Origin: Macrostomum hystrix
Taxonomy: Eukaryota; Animalia; Platyhelminthes
Length of the DNA stretch: 64,000 bases
Assembly (NCBI GenBank): GCA_950097015.1
Contig: CATNEN010000034.1
Coordinates: 2,852,001-2,916,000 of the forward strand
Reading direction: 5' to 3'
This document shows positions 45,412-60,624 of this stretch, one piece after another. The notes under the pieces are model-generated. The model ran no database searches and had not been told where the DNA came from. It saw only the letters and a program-made list of their open reading frames with translations. The translations under genes and the position numbers were made by a program. The stretch's first letter is position 1. Every line of letters begins with the position of its first letter.

Positions 45412-46515
45412 TAGACTAATCTCGGGAGAGTTAATCTCGGGAGAGTTAATCTCGGGAGAGTTAATCTCGGGACAGTTAATCTCGGGAGAGTTAATCTCAG
45501 GAGAGTTAATCTCGGGAGAGTTAATCTCGGGAGAGTTAATCTCGGGAGAGTTAATCTCGGGAGAGTTAATCTCGGGAGAGTTAATCTCGGGAGAGTTAAT
45601 CTCGGGAGAGTTAATCTCGGGAGAGTTAATCTCGGGAGGGTTAATCTCGGGAGGGTTAATCTCGGGAGAGTTAATCTCGGGAGAGTTAATCTCGGGAGAG
45701 TTAATCTCAGGAGAGTTAATCTCGGGAGAGTTAATCTCGGGAGAGTTAATCTCGGGAGAGTTAATCTCGGGAGAGTTAATCTCGGGAGAGTTAATCTCGG
45801 GAGAGTTAATCTCTGGAAAGTAATCTCGGGAGAGTTAATCTCGGGAGAGTTAATCTCGGGAGAGTTAATCTCGGGAGAGTTAATCTCGGGAGAGTTAATC
45901 TCGGGAGAGTTAATCTCGGGACAAATTATGTTGGGAGAGTTAATCTCAGAAGAGTTAATCTCGAGAGGGTTAATCTCAGGAGAGTTAATCTCGGGAGAAT
46001 TAATCTCGGGAGGGTTAATCTCGGGAGGGTCAATCTCAGGAAAGTTAATCTCGGGAGAGTTAATTTCGGGAGGTTTAATCTCGGGACAATTAATCTCGGG
46101 AGAGTTAATCTCGGGAGGGCTAATCTCGGGAGGGTTAATCTCGGGAGCGTTAATCTCGGGACAAATTATGTCGGGAGAGGTAATCTCAGAAGAGTTAATC
46201 TCGGGAGGGTTAATCTAATGATTAGTTAATCCTATGATGGGTTAATCTAAGGATTGGTTAATCTTAGGATTGGTTACTCTTATATACGTTAATCTTAGAT
46301 GGATTAATCTAAGTATGGGTTAATCTAAGTATGGGTTAACCTCGGAAGGGTTAATCTCGGGACAGTTAATCTCTGGAGAGTAAATCTCGGGAGGGTTAAT
46401 GTAATGATTAGTTAATCTTATGATGGGTTAATCTAAGGATTGGTTAATATTAGGATGGGTTAATCTTATATACGTTAATCTTAGATGGATTAATCTAAGT
46501 ATGGGTTAATCTAAG
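45412..46515. repeat. 15-bp minisatellite, degenerating to the right
   Basis: Unit GTTAATCTCGGGAGA. Confidence 0.97.
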
Positions 46516-48620
46516 AATATATACCGGCTACTGAGGGTTATCAATGGCTGTGACCGAGGACGCGCAGCGCGCAGCGCCCGAGGTCATAGACATTGATGCC
46601 CGAAATAGCCGGTATATATTTTCATTAAGCAACGCTGGGATTCCCAGCGGTTCTGTTTGCACCATAGACATTCCACCGGGGTTTTACTGTCGTCCATTAA
46701 AACCCCGCGGTATTTAATGGCGGTAATCCCAGCGTTGCTCAGTAGAAGATAATGCATGGCTTTTAGGGCTGTATTTGTATAAATCCCGAGAGCCGACAAC
46801 CCGTAAAAACCCATGCATCATCTCACTTAAATTCCGTCATCTTCCGGGATTTAACCTAATAAATCCCGGAAGATGCGACATTTGTCTATGGCCACTGTCA
46901 GACTTCAGGCGGTTAGCCGCTTTGGGGGCATGGGGCTTTATCAGACTTCGAAGAATGCGAGTTGTGGAAGTAATTTTTTGTCTATGGCTGCAACCTAGAT
47001 TTCAATCCGTGTAATAGATACAAAATGAAAAGCAGACTTTACGGACGGTTCCACAGATTCAGTTACAAAGATTATTCTTCAACTTCGCTTGTAGGATGGA
47101 TAATTCACCTGCTTATACTCAACCCGCTTGTCGACTATTCAGTAGATTTTGTTGGAGACTACGAACCCAACGTTCAACGACCTGAGGATTTGGATGCGCT
47201 ATTAGATAGTGGAGCTGATATGCGAAATCCTTACGCCCTCGCCGAGCTACGAAAGGGAAACTACGTCAACGTGCATCGATCGTCATCTGATGACGACGTT
47301 CGCCAAGCTCCAGTAGACAAAGCAGCTGTGAAAGCCTTGAACGATTCTACCAAGTCGAAAAATACCACGAGCAGGAACAAATGGGCCGAAAAGTTATTTA
47401 ACAATTGGAGACAGACGCGCGGAATGGATTGCATCGCCGTACATGATCTGGCCGACGAAGAGCTTAATAAGTAACTGTCTGCTTTTGTACACGAGGTAAG
47501 GCGCGCCGACGGAAAAAAGTATCCACCCAAAACTCTGGTCTCGATCATTGCTGGTATACGACAGGTGGTTTGCATTCATCGACCTGTAGATTTCTTCCAT
47601 GGAGTGCAGTTTCCACTGTTGACTCAGAGTCTGGACGCTGCTATGAAGATTTCCACTAGAGATGGCATTGGCTTGTTCAAGAGAAGCGCAAGCGTGATCA
47701 GTCAGACTGAAGAAGAAAAACTTTGGGAAACTGTGCTGGGCAACAGCTCTCCAACGCAGCTTCTCCGTACACTCTTTTACGTGAATGGGTTACACTTCGC
47801 TTTGCGCGGCGGAGAAGAGCACAGCAATCTTGACATTGGGCAATTCAGTATTCAGGAGAGATGCTAAGCGTTGCATTGTCTACAAAGAGACTGTATCAAA
47901 GACCAATGCTGGTGGCTTCCGTGGCTCAAGGATTGTTCCAAAGGAAGTAGACCACTTTGAGAATGAGACGAAACCCGAGAGGTGTCATGTTCGCCTGTTC
48001 GAACAGTTTCTGAGTGTAAGGCCTGCCGGAAGCACACGGTTCTACCTGCAACCAACGAAGAATCCAACCAGTGTATGGTTTTGCAACCGGCCAGTCGGCA
48101 AGAACACTCTCGCATCCTTCCTGTCCAACATCTGCGCAGAGGCGGGCCTAGTTGGAAAAAAGTCCAATCATTCTCTGCGCGACACCTGCGCCACTCGGCT
48201 CTACCAGGCCGGGGTGGATGAGCAGCAGATAATGGAAAGGACAGGGCGCCGGAGCGTGACCGGAGTACGCTATTATAAGAGGACGTCCGATGTCCAAATT
48301 CAACATTGCTCGGCTGTTCTGGACGCTAAAATACTGGCTGAGGCTGCTTATGCTCCCTACAAGTGCAACTTCATCTTCAATGACTGCAAGGTAGTAATTA
48401 ATAACTAGATCGGTGGTCGCGGGCGGCTGTTTGACTTGTTAACATTTTGTGGTTCGGATCAGTGTGTATGTATAGGACTGCATTGTGTATATTTCCATTG
48501 TTTTTAACGTTTCTAATGCTTTCAATTTTTCCTTTCCCTAAAGTTGTTGAGCTGAAATGATCGGGATGACATTTAAATCCCGTAAAAAGATAAATTACAT
48601 CTTTGAATTCTCGTCTATGG
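46516..48620 (+). mobile_element. Crypton-like DNA transposon 2 with a hairpin-rich 5' region
   Basis: Stacked dyads in 46516-46990. Motifs CATAGACA 46585, CCATAGACA 46662, TGTCTATGG 46883 and 46979, GTCTATGG 48613-48620. Boundaries are inferred. Confidence 0.6.
47025..48408 (+). pseudogene. Disrupted Crypton-type tyrosine recombinase (DUF3504-like)
   Basis: Motifs LHFALRGGEEH, SNHSLR, TGRRS, VRYYKR. In-frame TAA at 47472-47474, frameshift near 47860, and the usual TGH reads TGR. Confidence 0.88.
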
Positions 48621-49029
48621 TAAAATAACGGCTTGCAAATTCGACTTAAACGGATTTAATTGGAATTTTAATGTATCATAAAATCTGGAAAGAATAATTA
48701 TAGCAAAAACACGCAGGGATAAGCTAGATTTCAATTTAAAAAATTTACAATCTAACGCAACAAATGCTTGCTGTTTCTTTGATTGCTTTTGTGTAGCGAT
48801 TAGATTTTGAGCCAGATAGCTAGATAATCTAAATTACACCAAGCCTAGTAAGCCGAGCTGGCTGTTCAGTCCGTGGACGGGGGTTCGTAGCCACACCCTC
48901 CCAAATCTCTACCCACGCTGATGCTGAGTTACCCATTTTTACAGCTGGATGCAGAACGAAAGAAAAAAGGAATTATGTGCCTTACGAGAGGTTATGAGGT
49001 TATAGTATAAAATGAACAGCTATGGGAGG

Positions 49030-49176
49030 GCTGTCTGTCTCTGTCTGTCTGTATGTCTGTCAATTCTGGATGTCTGTCTGTCTGTTCTGGGTGTCTGTCT
49101 GTCTGTTCTGGGTGTCTGTCTGTCTCTGTCTGTCAGTCTGTCTGTCAATTCTGGATGTCTGTCTGTCTGTTCTGGG

Positions 49177-49227
<51 letters not shown>

Positions 49228-49367
49228 GTCTGTCTGTCTGTCTGTCTGTCTCTGTCTGTCAGTCTGTCTGTCAATTCTGGATGTCTCTCTGTCTGTTCTG
49301 GGTGTCTGTCTGTCTGTATGTCTGTCTGTCTGTCTCTCTGTCTGTTCTGGGTGTCTGTCTGTCTGTA

Positions 49368-49398
<31 letters not shown>

Positions 49399-49432
49399 GT
49401 CTGTCTGTCTGGCTGTCTGTCTGGCTGTCTGT
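49030..49432. repeat. (TGTC)n-based compound repeat
   Basis: TGTC tracts with TGTTCTGGGTG and TCAATTCTGGA interruptions. Confidence 0.92.
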
Positions 49433-50064
49433 CCTTAATCTGCGCCTCTGTTGTGAGATTCTGTGACAGTCAGCTTTTTCATTGTAAGCCTATTGTCGAT
49501 TGTTTTTGTGCAGAATCAGACTAAAGCAGCAGTTTAATGAAGTTAATTCGTTTTTTTCACAAATCCATGTGTAGACCGGATTGAAAATAGATCGCGGACG
49601 GTCAAAAACAATTTTCTTAATATTCATTTTGAAGATGGATTTCTGTAGAAATAAAAAACGATTTTTTTGTCAGGCCTTTGCCTTTGCCTATCGGTTTTTC
49701 TAAGCCAGCTATACTTAATTGTATTACGACCATGACCGTTTCTAATGCGCTGTTTCATGATGATTTGTGTGGTGAGGAAATTTCTGGCTAAAATTTTGCT
49801 ATAGTAGATTGCTGGCTGAAATATATTAATCCCTTAAAACTCGCTGTCTGCATGCGTTTTCGTTAGCTCACAATTAAGATTTCCGTCATACGAGTAGTCA
49901 AATCTTTGTAATTTAATGCCTTACTTGCTGATTTAGAGAATTAAAGTCACACCTAAGTCTGATAAAGTCCTTGCTTTGTCTTTGTCTTTCAGAAGCCAAT
50001 ATTTAATCTTCTTCAGTAATGATAAAACGACGCTTTTATTCTGACCCACCAGCCACACCTGTAG

Positions 50065-50350
50065 TTAATGACTGATGTACATTCTCACCCACCACCCCAC
50101 TCCCGCAGCTTATGGCTGATGTACATTCTCACCCACCATCCCACTCCCGCAGCTGATGACTGATGTACATTATCACCCACCACCCCACTCATGCAGCTGA
50201 TGAATGATCTACATTCTCATCCACCACCCCCCTTCCGCAGCTGATGACTGATGTACATTCTCACCCACCACCCCACTCCCGCAGCTTATGGCTGATGTAC
50301 ATTCTCACCCACCACCCCACTCCCGCAGCTGATGACTGATGTACATTCTC
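50065..50350. repeat. Tandem repeat of about 42 bp
   Basis: Unit approximately GACTGATGTACATTCTCACCCACCACCCCACTCCCGCAGCTGAT. Confidence 0.9.
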
Positions 50351-50657
50351 ATCATTCAGTGATTGCTGCTGTGCATCCGCCGTTGTTTATTAATAATAAC
50401 ATCTTTCTCTCTCTAGACTACTTAAAGTATAAATATGCGCCAACGGAGAATAGTAACTGATGAGTGAAAATACGAATATCGCACTTAAAAAATGTGTCCC
50501 TAAGTGCGCGTAAAGAACTTGGTGAAACCCTGGAAAACTAATGCATGGGAATCGACTTCGGGACCTTGGTATTAAAATTGTGCTTTTCGGGTCCAAGAAA
50601 TTTACAAGCAACGCTTCAATGCAGTTTTCAAAGTCGATGGTCGCTCAATTGAAGCGC

Positions 50658-51911
50658 TTAACTATCCGCTGAGCCTCCTGGTTTGCTGATGGCACCTCCA
50701 ACGCCGCCACCGCCGAGGCCTCCCGCCTGCGACACTCGCGATGGGACCCTTGACGGCACTGCCGCTGACGTCGCCGACGAAGTCAGCATTGCGACAAACT
50801 CGGCGTAGTCGATGCAGCCGTCGCCGTTGATGTCGACCTCACGTAGCATGTCTTCGACTTCGGCATCGTCATATTCGTGGCCGAGACCAGCTAACACGGT
50901 CTTGAGCTCCGGCGCCGAGATGTAACCGTTGCGGTCCTTGTCGAAAACGTGGAAGGCTGCCAACAGTTCGTCCTCGGAATCTGCGTCACCGAGCTGCTGC
51001 TGCTGCTGCTGCTGTTTCTTTTTTGCTCGCTTCCGCGGGTCGGACTTCATCAGCTGGATGAACTCTTCGAACTCGATGGTGCCATTGCCGTCCTTGTCGA
51101 TGCGGCGCAGCATTTCCTTTGGTGTAATTTTATTGATTTTGCTGGCTCACGTTTGTTTAGGCTTAGTTTGTTTTGGGCATTTTTCCTCACTGTGACATTT
51201 TTGCATCCACGCAGGCTCAAAAAGCTATACACCTGCGTTCTCACCGCTGCCACCATGTAACATTCTGCTCATTATAGAATAAGTAATTAACACTGGCCGA
51301 TTGACTGAGACTAGTACGATAACGCACCGGAGCGCTATAAGCGAACACGTCAGTTTATAGCAGGACGCGAGTTGGCCCGAATAAAAATTGACACAGTAGA
51401 ACTTCACACTTACCTTTAGCTGAGCGGCACTTGGAGAGCGGCCGATGCAGCGCAGAACAGTTCCCAGTTCCTCCGTTGTTATGCAACCGTCGCCTGGTCC
51501 GAGTCGTATTCAGGCAGAATAATATGTTCGAAAATTATTCTTCTGCTTATGTTATTAAATGTCATCTGAATGCCAGATCCCACTTCAGGCCATAATTCTG
51601 CCAAACTTTAAATTCTCAAACCTAGAATCTTAGGAAAATCCGTGAATTAAATCAAACCAAGATATGCACTTTAGTCTAATCATGAATTGTATCAAAACAA
51701 TCCAGAATTCAATTATCTCGCAGCACCCAATTTCCTGAATCATTAAGTCTTTGAAAATTCTAACTCCTTTCCTCATCAGCTCACCATCTTTGTCGAACAG
51801 TTGAAAAGTTTCCTGTAAAATTTGCAGCTCAGATGCCGACACCATCAGATTGTCGTCTTCCGCGTCGGCCGCCGCGCGAGACGAAGAAGCTTCGGCCTCG
51901 GAAGATGACAT
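50658..51911 (-). CDS. Calmodulin-like protein with four EF-hands, 3 exons, 221 aa
   Basis: Exons 51911-51785, 51493-51414, 51116-50658 (phases 1, 0). EF loops DKDGDGCITTEE, DKDGNGTIEFEE, DKDRNGYISAPE, DINGDGCIDYAE. Confidence 0.93.
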
Positions 51912-54900
51912 TGCTCCGTAGACGGGAGAATGTGCTAGAATCGAGCTAAATAACTTTTTTGTCTACTAAGAATAGCAAAGGAAATCGATCTCGAGACTTT
52001 CTAGTCTAGAGGCGTGGCGATAATTTCAACTGCCGAGATTGGAATCCTGCTCAAAAGTTTCGTCTCATCTCTCCCCCGTTTTCAATTCGAATTCTGTGCC
52101 TATTTTATATTGTATTGTTAATACTGGGCTTCAACCATTCGGATTTGCTTTCCAATCTCCTCTGGGTATTCGGGAAAGAGAGGAGAAAGGTGAAAGGGGG
52201 AGACATGGGGAAGGGCGGAGACAGGAGAGAAAGCGAAGGTGTTTTTGCGCAACTGAAGAATGATTCTAGTCGGGGAAAAACATGGTAGAGAAACAAAACT
52301 TTGACAATCGGAATCTCCGGTCGATGGAACCCCAGTCGACCCGATCCCTTCTTCGCTATTGCTTTTCATCTCAATCCCATCTCACCATTTATTTCAACAA
52401 AATAGTAAACGGGAATGGGGAAAAGTTGTCGGGAAACTCTAGCGAGCAAGAAGACAACTGATGAAATGCAAAGAAAGAAAAGATGAAGAAGTCTTTAGTG
52501 ATCTTTCCTAATTACCTCAGTGCAGTCGGCATGAGCTTAGTTCCACCACCAAGGGGCATGACTAATCACCTGGCAACTATAGCCATATTATTGTACCGTG
52601 CTGCATGATTCGTCTCATTCTCATGCACATTTCCATCTCTCCGTCATTTATATATGCAAGCCTAGCTGTGGCTGCGGCCACAGTGGCCTATTTTATCGAT
52701 GCTGAAGGAACTCCCCGGCTATTTTGCGAATCCCGGCCGCTCTTCCTTTTCGTTTCCCGTCCTCTCTCTTCACTGCCTCCAATCCTAATTAGGAGACTGC
52801 ATGAGCGCTATAGCGCGTGGGTTTTGAGCACATTATGGGTTGTGATGCTGCTTGCATGCGTTCCAGGAGATCGAGAATGGCGCAACACACACGCAAGAAG
52901 GAGCATTTGTAAAGAGAAACAAATGGTTATTTTGTTGTGCTAATAATACACATTATTAAGCCTCTGATGTTACTATATAAGCTCCCTCGCTATATGGGCA
53001 TTTACAAAACTAATCTTTGTAATTAAGCTACGATTTCAAGCTTTTTTGAGCGCTATTATTATACAAAGAACTCGTGCAAAAAACTCGCTGCAGCAGAAAA
53101 AAATAGAACACTAACATGCAGTTATTATAGGGCAGACAGATGAACTTGAAATATCGAAACAATATTATACGTGTCGGTTTCATTTAAAACTAAGATTCAT
53201 TCAGTCTGGAGAATATATAGTCGTAAAAGACTGGCAAACCGGCAAGTTTTCCTTTTCGGACAATATGAGAATAAATAACAAAGCAATTTGAGAAATCTCG
53301 TTACATCTCTCTCTTACATATGAGAAAATATGACGCTTTTCACTTTGTAAGAGTATGCAGGTTAATAAAAAACTGGGATTTTTCATTGTGGGCTCGCTTA
53401 AATTTCGCTTCGCTCCTGCATGGACTGTACATTACAGTACTGCACGTGCACTCTATGAATTTGGCCAGTTTTGCATCGAAATAGCTTTCGGCCGGAAACT
53501 TTTATGCAACCTTTCAGCTTATAGTCGACCTAACTGCGACAAAGGAAATTTAATCCAACATCCAGCATCGATCAGGCCTTTGAAAAGGAGTGCCACAGAG
53601 CGGAATAGTTGTACAATCGTGGGGCTCGCTCACTGACTGCAGATGCTAGCAGACGGTGATGCAGTTTGCAGTTTAGCCTCCTTAGCCACCCTTAGCGCGG
53701 GTGGCTGCTGAGATCGTCAGCAAGTAGGAGAGGTTTTACTGTAGGGATTCATACAGAGATAATTAAGCCAGTGCTCATGGGAGATATCTGCGATTTCTTC
53801 GGACCACCGAAGGTGGCATCATTCATGTTCAAGCACCGGCCTGGATGCACCCGGACTACGTGCAGAATGGCAACCAGTATTAGACAAATTGTTGCGGCGA
53901 GCTCTGGTTTGAAATCGAAAGCCTCTATATAAGTTTTATTCATGATTGGTGTTTTTTGTTTGGTGTTTTAGATGGACTTGCTATCGAAGCTTCGATCTAT
54001 AATTAAGTCTGCCAAGCTAAGCATACCGAGGTTCGAATTCCCGCTTCATTCCTTGAAACTGCAAGACTCTATGCTCTAAAATAACGTACTTTTTGTATTG
54101 TTGAAAACGATTATTTTGAATTTCAGCAAACTATATGCTTAGTACTCATTATAATATTTGGTTTCTTTTGATTCATGTCATGAGCCATCTTGAATGATTA
54201 CACGAATATCGCACAATGTTTATTAAACTGCACTGTATGTAGTCATTCAGAATATGTCCGGACTTGAATTTTAACAGTGATTAAATTTAAAGGATTTTCG
54301 AAGAAATTTAATTCGTCAAACTAAAAGTATTATAACAAAAAAATATCTAATAAACGTAGGGATTTCGCTTTCCTAAGGCGAGAAAAAAACTTACGTTATT
54401 TGATTTGTAACAAGCTGCAATAAAAAATTTGTTTTCTACAAGCTTTAATAGCCTATCATTTTTACGTCTTTAACAATCACTAACGACAACATACTATATA
54501 TAGAAGCAATGACAAAATATGATATTCCCACTTAAAGAATATATCTTTAAATATAGAAACCAGACTTTATAACTTAATTTTACTAGAAGTCAGTCAAGGA
54601 TGGAAAAATAACAACGCTAGTTATTACATCATCTAGTTGTGATGCCTGAACCAATGGATAGGCCTAGTCAGAATGATATTTTGTATGAATTTTTTTAAGT
54701 ATATTAGCATTACAATACAAGACCTATGTTTGTGTTCGTTTGGTCTAGTTGATAGTCTAACTCTAGGACAAGGAAAGTGCATTATTGTATGCCAGTTGTA
54801 TGCCAACTTGTACACCTAAATCTGTCTTAGACTTATTGCCTTGTGTGTAGGCCTACAGTATATGCTTGAAGCAGGAAACAGCTTCCTGGTTCATCCTCGA

Positions 54901-55899
54901 CCTATATGCCACCTTCCTTACTAAGTTGGCTGCTATGACAATGGGGCATATGCCTTTTGTTCTATTATTAACCACCTAGTTATTGCTTAATGCATATGTG
55001 TAAGAAGTTTTGCTTATTAGCAAATAAACAAAAGCTTAACAAGCTTAAACTATGTTTAAGGAAGGCTTAACTCAACACCTTGCTCATAAGTGGAGAAATG
55101 TAGCTTATTAGCTACATGTTTTTAAGATCAGCTTTCAACTCGTGCTGAAGCTATGACAATTTCATTTGTATGCTACTATGTAAAATGCACCAGGTCTATT
55201 ATTAACTCTTAGACTTAGTTACACTGTAATATACAAACCATATATATTGGTATTTAAAAAACTTCTAAAATAATGTCAATAAGTTACTATAACTATAAAA
55301 TATATCTAGTAGTCTATCTTGGCATTTTAGAAAGGTGGCAAATTGATTAACCTTTTACTTTAACTAGAATGTGATTGTGAGCAACAAATAATTGTTTTAG
55401 AAATCAATGTACTACCATTGCTTATATTTAGGAACAGAAAATTAGATTCTTAGCTCCAAAAAATCTATCTATGTTAGGAGTCAGCAATGCTTAAGTTCAC
55501 CCAACTGCTAAATAGGTACCAGCATAGGCCACAGTCCATGGACTGAACAGTTGTATCTAGCCTTTAGATGTGCCACATAATAGCTGCAGCTGTGCTGTTG
55601 GCTACATATACACCTATTGGGGCAGATTATTATATTATAAAATAAAATAATTATTTAATTTTTTATTAGGCAAAGAAAAAATTGTCAAAGCAATCCCCAT
55701 ATCACTTTTACTGTGAAAGCTATAAGTATACATTGTAATAAAAAGAACAAATTATTAATATGTAAAGTATATTAAATAACATTTTCATTTCAATTTTCTG
55801 CTAAATTTCCTATTTTGCAGTTGACTGTCAGATCTGAGCCTTGCTTTGCAGCTCAGCCTATTAACTAATAATAGCTACTAATTAAGCAGGTTATTGTAA

Positions 55900-58163
<2,264 letters not shown>

Positions 58164-58849
58164 TTACGGTGGGGTGCTGGTCTACTCAGTGCTGGTTGAG
58201 ATTCAGATAAAGTCAAACTGAAGTTACTCGCAATTGTATTCGCCGGCTGTTTTGTTGCTGTGCTGAAGAATTGGGGGCCAAATATGATTTTTGTATTAAC
58301 TAACGGGTTGCCGTATCGTTGGCGTCGTTGGGCTTAATTTAAACAAATGCCTTTGGTTGATTTGTTATGGTGAGTCACTCTTTATTATATGCAAAAGTGT
58401 GTGTTTCCGAACGCGAGTCCCAGTTTCGGTTATCTATAAATATATATTTTCAAACTGTACTATTCTGATTAATGCGTCAAGTTACATTTTTCAGATCGAG
58501 TCGGTTTTGCTTCATCTAAATGATCTTGTCCGATTCTTTTGTTTTATTATCTATTATAGTACTATCCACCGCTTGTATTAACTTTCGTTTGATATAAAAC
58601 TGGCTAATTTTATCTTAGACAAAGTGTTTGACTTCAGTGTGCAATTCATTTAAATTTTTTATTTTCAGTTAGACCATATAAAAGCCATTTTGCTTTGCGC
58701 TTACTGTTTCTTTTGCTACGTTTTAACTTGACCGGAACTAGAGTAGACTAGGTTAGACTAGACTGTTTTGCAACATTGGTCTGCTTGTGTCGTTTGTGCT
58801 TGTGCCTGATTGTGTCGTTTCTTAAAAAATAAAGTGGCAAGCACAGGAC

Positions 58850-59680
58850 CCCCTGTCTATCTAGGCCCAGCACTGGACCCCCTGTCTATCTAGGCCCAGC
58901 ACTGGACCCCCTGTCTATCTAGGCCCAGCACTGGACCCCCTGTCTATCTAGGCCCAGCACCGAACCCCTTGTCTATATAGGCCAGCACTGGACCCCCTGT
59001 CTATCTAGGCCATCACCGAACCCCCTGTCTATCTAGGCCAGCACTGGAAACCCCTGTCTATCTAGGCCATCACCGAACCCCCTGTCTATCTAGGCCAGCA
59101 CTGGACCCCTGTCTATCTAGGCCATCACCGAACCCCCTGTCTATCTAGGCCAGCACTGCAGGACCCCCTGTCTATCTAGGCCATCACCGAACCCCCTGTC
59201 TATCTAGGCCAGCACTGGAAACCCCTGTCTATCTAGGCCAGCACCGAACCCCTTGTCTATCTAGGCCAGCACTGGACCCCTGTCTATCTAGGCCCAGCAC
59301 TGGACCCCCTGTCTATCTAGGCCCAGCACTGGACCCGTCTATCTAGGCCCAGCACTGGAAACCCCTGTCTATCTAGGCCCAGCACTGGACCCCCTGTCTA
59401 TCTAGGCCCAGCACTGGAAACCCCTGTCTATCTAGGCCAGCACTGGACCCCCTGTGTATCCAGGCCAGCACCGAACCCCTTGTCTATATAGGCCAGCACT
59501 GGACCCCCCTGTCTATCTAGGCCATCACCGAACCCCCTGTCTATCTAGGCCAGCACTGGAAACCCCTGTCTATCTAGGCCAGCACCGAACCCCTTGTCTA
59601 TCTAGGCCAGCACCGAATCCCCTGTCTATCTAGGCCAGCACTGCAGGACCCCCTGTCTATCTAGGCCAGCACCGAACCCT
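58850..59680. repeat. Minisatellite of about 28 bp between the convergent Rap1 and CNG 3' ends
   Basis: Unit approximately GGACCCCCTGTCTATCTAGGCCCAGCACT. Confidence 0.95.
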
Positions 59681-60624
59681 ACATTTCCACTGAGCACTTA
59701 TACAAAAAAATGGCCCCAAAATGACACAATAGACACTTTTTTCAGAAAGCCGACTCGTCTGTGTTTAGAAAATAAAATCCAGCTTAAGAAACACCTGGTG
59801 TGGGTCTGGTTTGCACAAAGCGATAAAACTTGCAATACGCACCACGAGATGCGATATAGCGCTTCTGATCTGTATTTTCAAGTAATTTAATAAATAGTTC
59901 TATATTTATTCCCGACTAATATTGCATCGGTTTTTTGTGCTTATTCGCCGTATATATTTCCTTATTTTCCACCTACCCTTCCCGTCACCTTTATTACATT
60001 TAATACAATTATCCGCTTCACAGCATTGTACCGCTTTCCTAAAAGCTAAATGCGTCTTCAAAAGAAAAGTATTCAAGCTTTTGTTTGTTTGTTTGTTTGT
60101 AAGTCGTTCTTTTTATTAATAGCGATGTAACATATTGCGGAGTGTTATATAAATACGTATATGACTATATAATTATTTATTATGATTAATGACTATTAAT
60201 ACATTTTTTATTTCCCGCATCCCTTTCTGTCTCTTGACCTTGAAAAATTAAATAAAATACTACTTCGTTGCTTGCCTCTATGTGTTTCAGATTCCGAAAT
60301 AAAATCCGCTAACTGGTTTACTTTTTTGATTTATTGACTCGTATTTATTTAGTTTTGCGAGCGTCGAAAAACCGTAGCCTGTGGGTCTTAGTGTTTAGTT
60401 CACCAGCTCCTCGTTTGTGTACTTAATCTCCCAGATCTTCGGGTGGTTTTGCTAATCTCCATAAATCTCGGGTTGTGTGCGATAAGAACTACTTTAAGTA
60501 GCAAGTCATAGGAAAATTGCATGGAGAATATTTGTATAACTGCATAGCTATCTGCTTCGTTTAAATATCCATGATGCGCAGATTACAAAGGCCTTTATCA
60601 CATACTACTTCTTAAAGTAGTCGA

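Noticed and set aside
50450-50480. Hammerhead-like CTGATGAG...CGAAT
   Set aside because: GAAA core is broken (GAAT) and no stems I or III with an NUH site could be built.
54020-54050. GGTTCGAATTCCC as a tRNA gene
   Set aside because: B-box-like only; no cloverleaf or A-box at the right spacing. No complete tRNA or rRNA gene was found in the window.
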